The notes under the pieces are model-generated. The model did no database searches. It was not told the DNA's origin and saw only the letters and a list, made by a program, of their open reading frames with translations. Positions 37,312 to 49,426 of a stretch of DNA of 64,000 bases are shown here, in pieces. The translations under genes and the position numbers were made by a program. Positions within the stretch are counted from its first letter, which is position 1; every line of letters starts with the position of its first letter. The DNA is from Hormiphora californensis (Eukaryota > Animalia > Ctenophora): NCBI GenBank assembly GCA_020137815.1, contig CM035350.1:6200001-6264000 (forward strand). Reading direction: 5' to 3'.

Positions 37312-40300
37312 TCACTGACTGCCCAGTTGTCTAACACCCAGATCCTTCTCAAGCTCAGCACGGCGTTGTTGAACCTTGGCGTAGAAGTATCGACAGACAC
37401 CCTCCTTGATCCATTCCTTCTGGTAAAAGTCAACCTGTCTCTCCTCCTCTGGATCTCCCTCCAAATTCAACATAACCTGGAGGAATGTAGACAATTAGAA
37501 ACATAATAAAAAGGGAGAGCTAGAGAGGGGTGAGAAATATTGAGTCTCCGGAGGTGTATCAATGCTCTAGATCTTGCAGACATGTCTGACCACGTGTCTG
37601 ATATTTCTCTTGATAATTGCTCAGACAGTTCTTGCCTCTTGATACCTGCTAAACTTGACAGCTAGAGTCCTATAATCACCCTATGACATCACAATTACCT
37701 TCACAATTACTGATCGTTTAGTAAGGACTATAAAGGACTTGACATAATTGTAGTACTACAGTTTTACTTTCGATTATATGACACCCTAGTCTTGTACAAC
37801 AATCTCAACAGTGAAACAAGTTGCACGGAACGTGAGGTTGCCATGTAACATTTCCGGGGGTCCTAATTACTAGATTGCTAGATGATTATATTTTGTCATG
37901 TTTTGTTGCTGTGATTTTACCTTGAGATCTCGACTTTGTGAGATTAGCCACTTGTTGATAAACCCATAGGGATCAGAAGCGAATGCTAACATGAACTCCC
38001 TCTTTGTTTTCAGGGCATTAATGCTGTCCACGGTTTCGTAAATCTTTGTATCAAGACTCATCACTTCCTGCTGGGTTACTGTGCTCATCAGGAAACTGTT
38101 CATCTGCTGCTTCAGGGAGTCGTCTATCTCAACACTGAGGAGAGAGAGTGAGTGAATGTGAGAGACAGGGAGATTGAGAGAGGGAGAGATATTGAGGGAG
38201 AGTGAGGGAGAGTTAGAGGTAGAGATACTGTTGTTCCTCCACACAATGAGCGGCAATACAAATGCCAGTTTTACCAAAACTGATATCCCTGAAGGAGATG
38301 ATGAAAGCGAATTTGAGTATCTCAGCTATCTCTTCGTTGGTGTATCCGGTTTGGCTATCTTGTCTAACCTCTCCTCCCTATATTTTCTACGCAGATTCAA
38401 CACTCCTAGTCTAGCTACCCAGCTCACCCGCCTTCTCAACATATCAGATGGGGTTGTGGCACTACTGGCCCTCCTTGCAGGACCTATCACTGACATGATC
38501 CCCGAGACAGAAGATACCGCCCTATCAATTGTCCTGGATACAATCCAACCCGTGATGGTCCACCTCCTTGATATTGGGATCCGACTAACAGGACTGGTTA
38601 CATGTATGTTGAGCGTCACCAGAACTATCAGCCTCACAACACCCTTCTACCAGATCAACAAGTCCCTACTATACAGGGTGGCAGGCGGGGTTGCACTCTG
38701 GATAGTTGGCAGTCAGGCTGCCCTGCCGACATACGACGATATCACTACAATTGAGCTCCGGAATGTGTGGATGGTTTATATTATCGGCAGTGAGATGAGT
38801 CTCATGATTCTCGTGGTCCTAGTTAGTTGTGTGATTAGTGCAGTTTCCCTTACCACCCAGACACGGAATGCAGGTACAGGCCGACATGCCACCATCACCA
38901 TCCTTATCGTATCAGTGATGTTCTGTCTATTCAACTCCCTCACCCTCTATGTGTATGTAACGTTGTGGCCTAACCAGACAGCAGATAGTGACTCCTGGTC
39001 AGTGTTTGATCTGTTTGTCTATGTATTCTCAGTCCCCCTCAACTCCTCTCTCAACCCGATGGTGATACTGGTTAGAAAGAGGAAGGTGCGGGAGTGGGTG
39101 GTAGGCAAGTGTAGGTGTGGAGGAGGGAGTATCACCCCCACAGAGGGAACAGCATCAGTTATATCAAACAGAGCTGCAACCACGGGTGTCACATCTCAAC
39201 TCTAGATGTGTGGCAGGAACAATTGAAGGATGAAATCCGGCCCTAAACTACTCAGAAGATGTCAGAGCTTCTTTTAAACTGTCATTGAATTCTAAATATA
39301 TAATGCTAATTATTATTTTAACCGCTGTAAATAATTCTATCCTTTACCCCCAAATTATTGTTTACCTGATATCCCAGTGGGTGACGCTCTTTGTCTCACC
39401 CGGCTCCACCGCCACCATGTGCTCAATAACAATGGGCTCAGGCTGCATAAACAGGGGGTTCAACTTGAATGGGATATCACTGAATTTCAGGGCTTGGCAG
39501 TTGAAGATGCTTTGCAGGTACTCATCACACCGGATCTGATCTCGTAGCACCGGGTCTTGCAGCTTGTTCCTCTGTTGGGGAGAGATGGGGTTATCAAATC
39601 TGGAATAGAAACTTTCCTTTAGGGTTTACGATTAGAAGTGTACCTTGATGTATTGCCAGAGGGCGGCAACGATTGAGGGCCGAGTACCAGTGTGAATTCC
39701 AAGAAGCCTGCCTAAGCGAGCATCCAGTTTGAATTGTTGTGGCTGATGATCCAGTTGGAGATTAATAGTACATTTCACCGGCTTGTCTCCCGGCCTCTTT
39801 ACCTGAAAGATTGAATGGTGGATTAGTGAGAAAAAGGTAAGATTTATACACTTCAATTGCAGCAAGTTCGATATATTTCTAATTTCCGTACCTGAAAACC
39901 GTCAGTTTCCTGTGTGGTGGGACTGCGATGCCACTCCACAAAGTTACTATCGGGCCCATACATCTCCTTATCAAGCTCAATAATCAAACTCTTGAAGAAA
40001 CTACTAAACTTCCTCTTGGGTGCCCGGCTGTCTGGTTTACTCTGTCCCTCATCCAACAGCCGCCCCTCAATCTTCAGCTCCCAAGTAGTCTGACACTCCT
40101 CAGAGTTGGTTGAGGTTGCGGTAGAGGGCATATTGTCCTTCCCTCCCTGGTTTGTATAGGTTGTATTCGTGATAAAGATCCTTAACTTCCGTTTTGTTTT
40201 CATCGGCTTCTTCAACACTTCCTGGATGTCAAGACGTTTCCGGATGATGGTGGCATCTAACTTCCTCTCAAACGATAACAAATCCATGTAGGCCTGAGAT

Positions 40301-40662
40301 TCTGGAACAAGTTCCCGGAGTTTCTGAGAGATCACCAGATCACTGGCCTTCCTCTTTGGTTTGGGTTTGTGGCCGGGTGGCCGCTGGACTGGGTGGGACA
40401 TGGGGTTCATACCAACTGGGTAGCCTGATGTTGGGGGTCCACCGCCCCCCGTAGACCTGCCACCCCCTCGACTCCGGCTGTTGGGGGTTCGGCGGGGTGA
40501 GTCTTGATGAAAGGGCATTCTTGGAGGGGTACCCTGAAAGAGAACCGACAATTAGAAATTAAAACTGAGAACAACGATTGTTGGTGAGTGAAAATAACGT
40601 ACCGTCACGTGGGGTGGCATACGGGGCTGTCCCTGGGGATATCCCGGGTAGTTATTGACCAT
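37312..40662 (-). CDS. SMARCD1: SWI/SNF subunit BAF60 (SMARCD family)
   Basis: [54 protein letters not shown], the SWIB region and SQSRDLK. Six exons. The symbol denotes the family. Confidence 0.93.
38246..39205 (+). CDS. Intronless rhodopsin-class GPCR, antisense-nested in a SMARCD intron
   Basis: Seven hydrophobic segments with LSVTRTISL (DRY-equivalent) and NSSLNPMV (NPxxY-equivalent). Confidence 0.85.
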   Translation: MSGNTNASFTKTDIPEGDDESEFEYLSYLFVGVSGLAILSNLSSLYFLRRFNTPSLATQLTRLLNISDGVVALLALLAGPITDMIPETEDTALSIVLDTIQPVMVHLLDIGIRLTGLVTCMLSVTRTISLTTPFYQINKSLLYRVAGGVALWIVGSQAALPTYDDITTIELRNVWMVYIIGSEMSLMILVVLVSCVISAVSLTTQTRNAGTGRHATITILIVSVMFCLFNSLTLYVYVTLWPNQTADSDSWSVFDLFVYVFSVPLNSSLNPMVILVRKRKVREWVVGKCRCGGGSITPTEGTASVISNRAATTGVTSQL

Positions 40663-41024
40663 ATCTGAGGGAGGTGCTTCTTATTAAGGGGGGGGGGACA
40701 GGGGAGGGGGGTGGGCAAGGGGCCAGGGGGAGTTGAAATGAAACACAGTTGTTACGAGATGGTGGTAAAGGAATTGAACGCATCAAAGAAAAGGGCTCCG
40801 TATTCAGATTTACCAACAATTCTAATCACGGGGGTCAATCCCCTCATCCACCATCCAATCGTTTTGTCTCCTTTGGAGCGGGTGAAACTGCAATAAAACC
40901 CAAACCAAACGAAACAAACCGAAACGTAAAAATAGAAGTCTCTGAAACCCGTTACAAAAGTAAATAAAATTAATCCCCTAATATAAATCTTCATAAAAAC
41001 AGAAGTAAAAAAGATTCCTCCTCC

Positions 41025-41829
41025 TTATAGCTCATCCTTCTCAGCATGTTCCTCCAACATCAGTTGGATTCTCTCAGCCAGCTTGAGAGGGGCGGTGTTG
41101 GGACCATGATATTCCACTGTATTACCATCAGGGGAAACCAAGTACTTTCCGAAATTCCAATTGGGTTGCATCCCAGCACTTGCCTCCTTCAGCCAATTAT
41201 AGACAGGGTGGGCGTTCTTTCCCTTGACATCACATTTCTCAAATATTGGAAAGTTACATCCGTACCCTTCAGCAAAGGTTGTTATTTCAGTGGCACTTCC
41301 AGGCTCCTGGGGAATATAATATGATAGTGATGAGGGGATGTTTGACACACACTACTAGTGAATAGCATCATAATATGATTATATATTATTTCCTAATTTG
41401 GGCCTCTCATATTATACCTGTCCTCCATACTGGTTACACGGGAAAGCTAGGACAGTTAGTTTCTCAGAGGTAAATTCATTTTGCAGTTTCGTTAGTTGTT
41501 TGTAATCTCGGTCGGTGTACCCTCAGGCAGAGGCAACATTCACAACCAGAGATACCTGGAAATAGAGATGGTATCAGGAAGAGAATCCAAACAAAAGGAA
41601 GATTGAGTAGGTAAGAAATACCGGGAAGAAGAGTAAAATAAAGAATATATCCAGTAGAAAGTGAAGAATGAGTATTACACTCATCTCATTACTAACATAC
41701 CTTGCCACTATACTGGCTGAAGTTTACAGTATCACCGGACGCCAATAACTTTGCGGACAGCCCAAAGAAAGAGCCAGCTCTGGATGCCATCACCAGACTG
41801 AGTAAGAGGAGAATAAACCGAGACATCAT
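41025..41829 (-). CDS. GPx7/8-like glutathione peroxidase with in-frame TGA (probable Sec) and C-terminal KDEL
   Basis: VSLVVNVASA-TGA-GYTD, LAFPCNQYG, QEPG, PNWNFGKYL and KDEL. Three exons. One frameshift in the signal-peptide exon. Confidence 0.9.
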
Positions 41830-42156
41830 CCCCTATCTCGCTACACACTTGTTGTTCATACCAGACCACAGTTATATAATAGTCACACACACGTCACACA
41901 CGTCACACACGTCACACATACACACATACACACACACGTCACACACATACATGCAGAGACGAGAGTAAACAAGAGGGTAATTAACGGGGAAATGTGAAAT
42001 TTATTAAAACAAGAGACACAGTAAAGACAATTAAAAAGCAAAAGTTACAACACGTGCCGCTGCCTCAACAAGTTGTTGTTGGCGGAGTCTGTATTGATAT
42101 CTGGCAGGATACTTGGTAGGAAACCTGAATGTTGTACCCCTTCCCATTGTGAGATG

Positions 42157-42773
42157 TTATCGTTGCAGTGGGTGGCGGGGAGGGAAACACAAAACCTGTA
42201 TCCTGAAAATGAGGTGAGGTGTATAAAAGTCTCTGTATACAGGTTCTAATGGGTGTGGTAAAAAAGTGAGACCAACCTGCTCAGGGGACGGTGTTGGGAA
42301 CGGAGAATCTGTTGGGCTCACTGGTACTGAAGTTGCTGAAGGAAATAATAGGGTAGACGGGAGATATTGTAGTAACTTTGAAGCATCAGCTAGAATAGTT
42401 TCTGAAGTTGGGGGATGGTATCTGGTTCTTTTGTTGGGGTGTTTCATCTCACTCTCAGATTCATCTGGCGAGGCTTTACGGATAGTACAGCGGCGTTTTC
42501 CCTTTTATCTCTGGTTGTATGCAGATGTGAGGATCGTCCATCAGTTTGGTTTGTTTGCGGTGGTGGTGGTGGTGGTGGGGGGAGACTATCACGTCGCTTT
42601 CGTTTCTCGAACCGATGTGGTGGTAGTACAGGTTTTATACTGTCGGTGTAGCTTTCCGGGGATTTGATGGGCGATACTGATAGGAATGGCGTATTGGATA
42701 TTTCTCCCGGTTCGAGTGGTCTCTCAAATTTGAGAGATTCGTCAATTTCCATTTGCTCGGAATCATAATTCAT
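42157..42773 (-). CDS. Unidentified Pro/Ser-rich protein, frameshifted
   Basis: Overlapping ORFs 42444..42773 and 42157..42447 with coding-like composition. No recognisable domain. Confidence 0.35.
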
Positions 42774-42851
42774 TTGTATTCCTAAATCGGTGTTATCAGA
42801 AATTTTAAAATGTCTGTCGTCCGAAAATTACATAGAAGCTAAAATTCAAGC

Positions 42852-44951
42852 TTGACATTTGAATCGCCTGAGAAGACTGGTGATAGGATAAAGGTTCACC
42901 TCCTTGGGCTTTTGGAAGGAAGAGAGAGAAAGGCTATTGACACTATCAAATGTAATCCACGGTTTTTCTGGTCATTTGTGAACAAGCATCGGAAAATCAA
43001 GTCTAGCGTGGCCCCACTCCTAAGACCTGATGGCACAGTTACCGATGATCCCCTGGAGAAATCAAACATTCTTCAGTCACAGTATGTGGGGGTATTCAGC
43101 GATCCTGCTAAGTGTTCGGCCGAGGAGGCTACTAAGGATATTCCTTCTACGACCATCACACTGGACAATCTTGATTTTACTCCCGGCTGTATTGAGGATG
43201 CATTGGCTGAGTTAGATCCTTACGCTGGAGCACCACCAGGGGACATACCAGCGGTTATACTGTCCAAGTGCCGGAAACAGTTGGCATACCCCTTATGGTT
43301 ACTTTGGGATTGTTCTTTCCATGAGGGTGTCGTACCAACATGCCTTAAACGCCAATATATAACACCCGTGTTTAAGAAAGGATCCAAAATGGAGGCAAAA
43401 AATTATCGGCCTGTCGCACTCACCTCCCACATGATTAAAACATTTGAGAGAGTTGTAAGAAACAAAGTTGTCGATCATCTGGAGGGAAATGGGCTCTTCA
43501 ACGATGGCCAGCATGGTTTCCGGAGGAACAGAAGCTGCTTGACTCAACTCTTAAACCACTACGATAATGTCATGAGAGAACTGAATAACGGACACGAAGT
43601 GGATGTTGTGTATTTAGACATGGAGAAGGCTTTTGACAAAGTCGATGTCAAGGTCTTGATGGCAAAATTGGAAAAATACGGTATTCGGGGACAGCTACAC
43701 CGTTGGATCAACAACTTCCTTTCAGAAAGAGTGCAAACAGTGATGGTAGATGGTGCTCAGTCTCGGGAGGAATTGGTCATCAGTGGTGTCCCACAGGGTA
43801 CAGTTATTGGTCCCTTGTTGTTTTTAGTCTATATGATAGACATAGAGACACTTCTTTCTGGCACAGTCCTCACCTTCGCAGACGATTCCAAGCTGTGGAA
43901 GGCAATCAAGTCATTGGATGATAGAGAGGATCTCCAGAAAAGTCTAGCTGTGTTTGCACGTTGGGCGACAGATAACAACATGTCCCTACACCAGGACAAA
44001 TTTGAAGTTATGAACTATACTCTTCGCTCCACCCAACTGTTAAGAGAGCTGCCATTCTCCAATGAAAACTACTCCTACAGTGGGCCTGGAGGCGAAACGA
44101 TATCCCCTAGCGAATCTGTCAAAGACCTAGGAGTCCTTGTTTCAACAAACTGTGCATGGTCGGAGCATATCGGCAGCATCACGATTAAGGCTCGTCGGAT
44201 GAGTGGCTGGGCACTTAGTGTGTTTCGGGATAGATCGGATGACACCATGCTCACCCTACTCAAATCCATCGTCAGACCCCAGGTTGAATACTGTTGTCCC
44301 CTATGGAACCCTGTCAAAAAGTCAGATATTGCACTGGTTGAGGAGGCACAGAGACAATTCACCCGCAGGATCGCGAGTTGTTCGGGCATGAATTACTGGG
44401 ACAGACTCCATCACCTCAAAATCCTGTCCCTTCAACGGCGCCGAGAACGATATATAATTATCCACGTCTGGAAGGTCTTGCATAAGGTAGTACCAAACAG
44501 TACGAGTCTCTTGTTTACAGAGCACCCACGCCTTGGCACCAGAGCGGTAATCCCTCGGTATAACTACTTGGCCCAAAAATCCATCTCTGGCCCCTATGAC
44601 TCATCATTCGGCGTAAAAGGAGCTCAGTTATGGAATGCAGTGCCTCGGGTAGTGAGATCTTCAGCTTCCCTACTCGAGCTAAAACAGTCGCTCGGTAAAT
44701 ATCTGTCCACCATCCCTGACCAGCCACCGGTTCGTGGGTATAGTGTTCAGCACAGTAACTCCCTGTTGGATTGGAGAAACGATCCGAGTGTTTTCAGAGA
44801 GTAAACCATTCAGGGGTGTTTTGCTTTTCTATGTTGTTTGGCTGCCCATTAAAACCCGATTCCTTTTGGTGTCTGAGTGTTAGCTCTTTTTGAGCTGAAA
44901 CTTTGTGTACAATGCTTAATTTATTTATGAATGTTTATGAATGTTTATGAA
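42852..44951 (+). mobile_element. 5'-truncated CR1-group LINE with open RT ORF
   Basis: NYRPVALTS, QHGFRRNRSC, YLDMEKAFDKV, GVPQGTV, FADDSKL in ORF 42852..44804. Candidate (TTTATGAATG)n tail at 44924..44951. Confidence 0.9.
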
Positions 44952-45379
44952 CTGTTTCCAATGTTAAGTTGGAATAATTGAACCGATACTAAGCAGGTCA
45001 GACGACGGTGACAAAAGGGACTCACAGGAGACTCACAAAAAACCACTCAACCATTTTTCATTTTTAGCGAATTCAAAGTTTATTCGACAGGAAGTCTCAA
45101 GCCCTAACCCCAGCCCTAACCCTAAGCTTACTTTAGCCCTAACTGATTCTTATCCCGATTTAATTGGACCGGCAACTCCGGTTTCCCCAACTTTAGCCCT
45201 AAAAAACCGTGAGTGCTGACACTCAAAATTCAAAACACCAAGATTTTACAGTTTCCCCACTTTTAAAACCTTGCAACTTGGCATACGTTGCAGGTCCTAG
45301 CTCTGACCAGAGCCTGCAGCACATTCCGACCGTCCAGCGATCAACTTTGCAACAGAAACGCGAAAAATCAGCTCTCGTG

Positions 45380-45395
45380 AACAAATTAATTTGAG
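45380..45395 (+). other. Spliced-leader relic (3' 16 nt) directly before the CRE ORF start
   Basis: AACAAATTAATTTGAG is identical to 4748..4763. ATG at 45399. Confidence 0.75.
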
Positions 45396-48330
45396 GTTAT
45401 GAAGGTCAAAGAGATCAAGCAGGAGCTCGAAGAACGCGGTATTCCCTACAAAACAAACCTATTGAAATCAGATCTACTTGCCCTGCTTGAGGAAAACATC
45501 GCCTCAACATCTTCATCTCTACCAACCGATCATACCGATCCAGAACAACAGTACGAATCAGAGCTCCACCGTGAGGTGAGCAAAGCGTATCACGAGGTTG
45601 TATTCTGGCGAGCAAATTTGTGCCAAGTACCATCCGGGAAAACTGGGAAGGATTTTGTGCATGAAGTGGCGAATGTTCTGAATTCCTTCAACAAAAACAG
45701 CCAGAACAGTACAATTGCAATCATGCTGCTGATGCTACTTTTCCCCCTAGTACTTCAAAAACCATCCGCTACCAGTAAAACCAGAGACCATGTTATAGCT
45801 ATAGAACGACGACTCGAATCATTCCGAACCGGAGACTTTCAATCTTTGCTCCGTGAAGGACGTGTAATTCAGAGCAGATTGCCTAGTAGGGAAGGTAAGG
45901 CTCGAAATGTCCTCAAGGCTTTCACTAGATTGATGTTACATGGCAAGGTAGGACAGGCTCTACGGGCAATCCGCGATAGTGATGTTGCTCCAGTTCCTGT
46001 TACACCAGAGGTTGTTACAGAGTTGATAAAAAAACACCCTTCACCAGCAGCATCATCATCCCTGTTGGAGGGTCCAGTTTTCCCCAAAATTGATTGTTCT
46101 TTCTCTCATATATCGGCAAACTCGGTTCTCAAAGCTGCAAAAAGCATATGCTCCTGTCCAAAAAACTCAGCCCCGCCTCAAACGAGTTAGCACAGGCTAT
46201 ATCAACCTTCGCTATTAAGTTAGCTACGGAAACAGTAAATCCTCTTCACCTTTCGGCTTACGTTGCATCTAGACTGGTCCCTTTGAGCAAAAAACCATCA
46301 GGAATCCGCCCAATCGGGATTGGCGAAGTTTTACGCCGGCTTGTCGGTAAGGTGATTACCCGCTCACTGAAACCTAACATCGTTGAATCTACCGCCCCAA
46401 TACAGCTATGTGCTGGGCTGGAGAGCGGAGTAGAGGCTGCCGTGCATGCAGCGAGAGAACTGTTTGAATCTGAGAAATGTGAGTGTGTGCTATTAATTGA
46501 TGCAAGTAATGCTTTTAATTCGTTGAATCGATCTGCTGCTCTGAACAATATAAAATACGTTTGCCCCGAGTTTGAGCTTTATTTAAAAAATACATATGGT
46601 TTAACATCTAACCTATTCCTATGCGATGGAACAAATAATGAAATTATTAAATCTGCTGAAGGGACGACCCAGGGCGATACCGCCGCCATGATGATGTACG
46701 CCAGCTGCCTCATGCCCCTTGTCATCTCACTGAAGGACATTAATCAGGTTACTCAAATTTTCTATGCCGATGATGGCCTTGGCGGAGGGACTTTGGCTTC
46801 TGTAAATCAGTGGTGGGATAAAATCAAACTGAAGGGACCTGAATACGGCTACCTACCCAATCCAGGAAAATCTTGGTTGATTGTTAAACCTCACCTGGAG
46901 GACGAGGCAAAAGCCCTTTTCCCTGATGTTAACATTACTTCGGAAGGGCAACGGTACCTGGGATCGTATATCGGAACTAAGGAAGGTCAGGACAAGTTCG
47001 TTGAGAGAGAGGTAGATAAGTGGGCCGAAGAAATTACCTCACTAGCGGAGATTGCAAACAGTGAGCCTCAGCTTGCTTATACAGCCTACACCATGGGAGT
47101 ATCTAAACGGTGGTCGTATCTTATGAGAACGACTCCGGGCATTTCTGATCAGTTGGGCCCGATTGAGGATTCAATTCTGCAGCAACTCATCCCTTCTATG
47201 ACTGGACAACCTGTTATCAACGAGAGACTTCGATCAGTTTTCTCTCTTCCAGCGAGATTTGGAGGACTCGGGATTCAAAACCCCGTCGTTACATCGGATA
47301 GCGAGTACTATTTCTCCAAACTCATGACTGAAAATCTGTCTGCAGCTGTGCTGAACCAGGAAGATACGTTTACTGCAGATGATGTCAAAAACTCAGAGAA
47401 CAAACTCATTGTGCGTCGAACGAAAAACGATCAACATCAGAAGGCAATCGATCAAATAAAATCAAAATCGACACCAGAAGAGAAGAGGACCCTCGATCTC
47501 CTGGCCGAAAAGGGTGCATCCTCCTGGCTAACTTGTCTCCCACTAGAATCTCTTAACTTCACTCTAAACCGACAGGAATGGTTCGACGCTATCTCGGCTA
47601 GGTACAATCTCCCCCTTGTTGGCGAACCTCTACCAGATCAGTGTACATGCGGAGAAGCTAACAGTATCGATCATGCTATCTCCTGCAAGCTTGGAGGATT
47701 TGTTAACTACAGGCACGACAACGTGAGAGACTTTATTGCGAAAGAGCTTAGCACTGTCGGCCTCGATACCAAGGTCGAACCTCACCTTCTCAACGTTCGG
47801 GGAACATCCCTTCCAGCTGGGACCATCACAGCAGACGGGGCTCGCCTTGACATCAGAACCCGTGGACTCTGGTCAAGCTTAGACTGTACCTATTTTGACG
47901 TAAGGATTTTTAATCCAAGGGTTAAGTCTAATGCCAACCAGAGTATACAGAAGATCTATGAGAAGCATGAAACTGAGAAGAAGAAAGCTTATCTGCAACG
48001 AGTTCTCCAGGTTGAGAAGGCGGTGTTCACTCCACTTGTCATGTCAACATCAGGCGGACTTGGTAGAGAATTTCAGAACACACTGAAACAGTTGGCCCAC
48101 CGAAAATCTTCCAAAACTGGATATGAGCGCCAGGACTGTATTCGGTATCTTAGACTGCGCTTATCATTTGCGATGGTTCGCTCAATAACTGTATCGATTA
48201 GGGGATATCGGGGCAGGGGCAAGGCGGCTGCAAGTGACGCTGATGAATATTTATATCGTATGGACTAATTCCACAATAATTTATTGATTCCATTGATTTC
48301 TACTGTATAATTTATTATATATTTTATTTT
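45380..48330 (+). mobile_element. CRE-clade non-LTR retrotransposon (SAP-like + RT + RLE), copy 2
   Basis: ORFs 45399..46190 and 46094..48268 contain IRPIGIGEVLRR, DASNAFN, EGTTQGD, YADDG, CTCG...HAISC, RHDNVRD, RLDI and EKKKAY. Frameshifting deletion near 46147. Confidence 0.9.
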
Positions 48331-48532
48331 AAGGCCGATATTGGCCGCCCCCCCCCCCCACTTTTTTAGGCTTTTGATCTCGCGCTCGCTTGCGTCGAAT
48401 TTGTTAAATTTAAAGCGTGGTATTTACAAGCCAGCGGCAAAATATTTTCATTTAACGCTGCATCTGCGACGCGCGTATTATGAAGTTTTTCTAATTTTAA
48501 AATAAATAATAAAACGCTCGCGCTTGCTCAGC

Positions 48533-49272
48533 TTGGCATGCGCTGCAGACCCCAAGTGCGCGCGTTTTCCACGGCTGTTTTTAGGGCCTGTAGCATAGGC
48601 CAATTGCTCAGCTTCTTTTTCCAAAATTTCTTGGAATGCGCTGCAGCCCCCTCATGCGCGCACCCCCGCAACGAGGGGACTGGAGGGAATGCCGCGCGCG
48701 CGTTTGGCCTGATCCCGGCTGGGTCGAAGATAACTTTGCGGTCGAAAAAACGGCGGTGCTTATAACTTTGGCTCCTGAAGTCCGTTTGACTTGATTCTTT
48801 CACCAGTTGTTAGATCTGACGATTATCTACCTTGCTGTTTTTGAGAGAAGTTAATTGGACTTAAGGAGGCTGAGCAATAGCCGTTGAAAGATGGGTTGTT
48901 TTCAAAAAGTGACGTCACAGATTCTTGCAGGGACACCTTTTTAAAAATTTCATTCAAATTTTGATTTTACCGCACTCGATTTTGCGGAGTTTGGTTCATA
49001 TCTCCTGTTCCTGATAAGATAGAGACCTGAAACCGGTTGCATTTGAAAGCTGTTATCTTCCTCTTTCCAACGCTACCAAAACGATTTCTGTACCTTATCT
49101 GGAACCGGAGATATGATTGATTATGTATTCCCCCCTAGCGCGGTATTCCCTCCAGGCCCCTTATATTATATTATAAGGGGCCTGCAACGTATGCCAACAA
49201 AATTTCAGAATTTTGCTTCGAAATTTTTTCCCTCGTCCTTTACGGTTGAAAAGCGCCGTTCGCTGCCTTATC
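48533..49272. repeat. Cluster of paired inverted termini (Kolobok-like non-autonomous DNA transposon ends)
   Basis: Arm pairs at 48533/48603, 48632/48695 and 49140/49197. TTAA- or TTATA-like sequence abuts some GG termini. Confidence 0.6.
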
Positions 49273-49426
49273 AAATAGGGTCAGTAGCATTTGCCTACCT
49301 TTACAGGCACTACATCACACAACTACTAGTAGACCATACAGTTTAACCCATTGTGGCTCGTTAACGATTCATTTTAAGTAACGAAATATTCGTGAGTCGA
49401 ATTGAAACCTGTTTCAAACTCTAGAG

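Noticed and set aside
40780-40860. SECIS candidate hairpins in the GPx 3' region
   Set aside because: The ATGA/GTGA-containing stems seen by eye have too short a helix II, so they cannot be called without SECISearch.
45380-45480. Genuine SL RNA gene (SL followed by GT)
   Set aside because: Only 16 nt of the leader are present, and the downstream sequence is the retroelement ORF with no evident Sm site.
49305-49426. SL relic upstream of intronless RAE1 (GTTTCAAACT; CACTACATCACACAA)
   Set aside because: The matches are short or degenerate and lack the diagnostic 3' AATTTGAG end.
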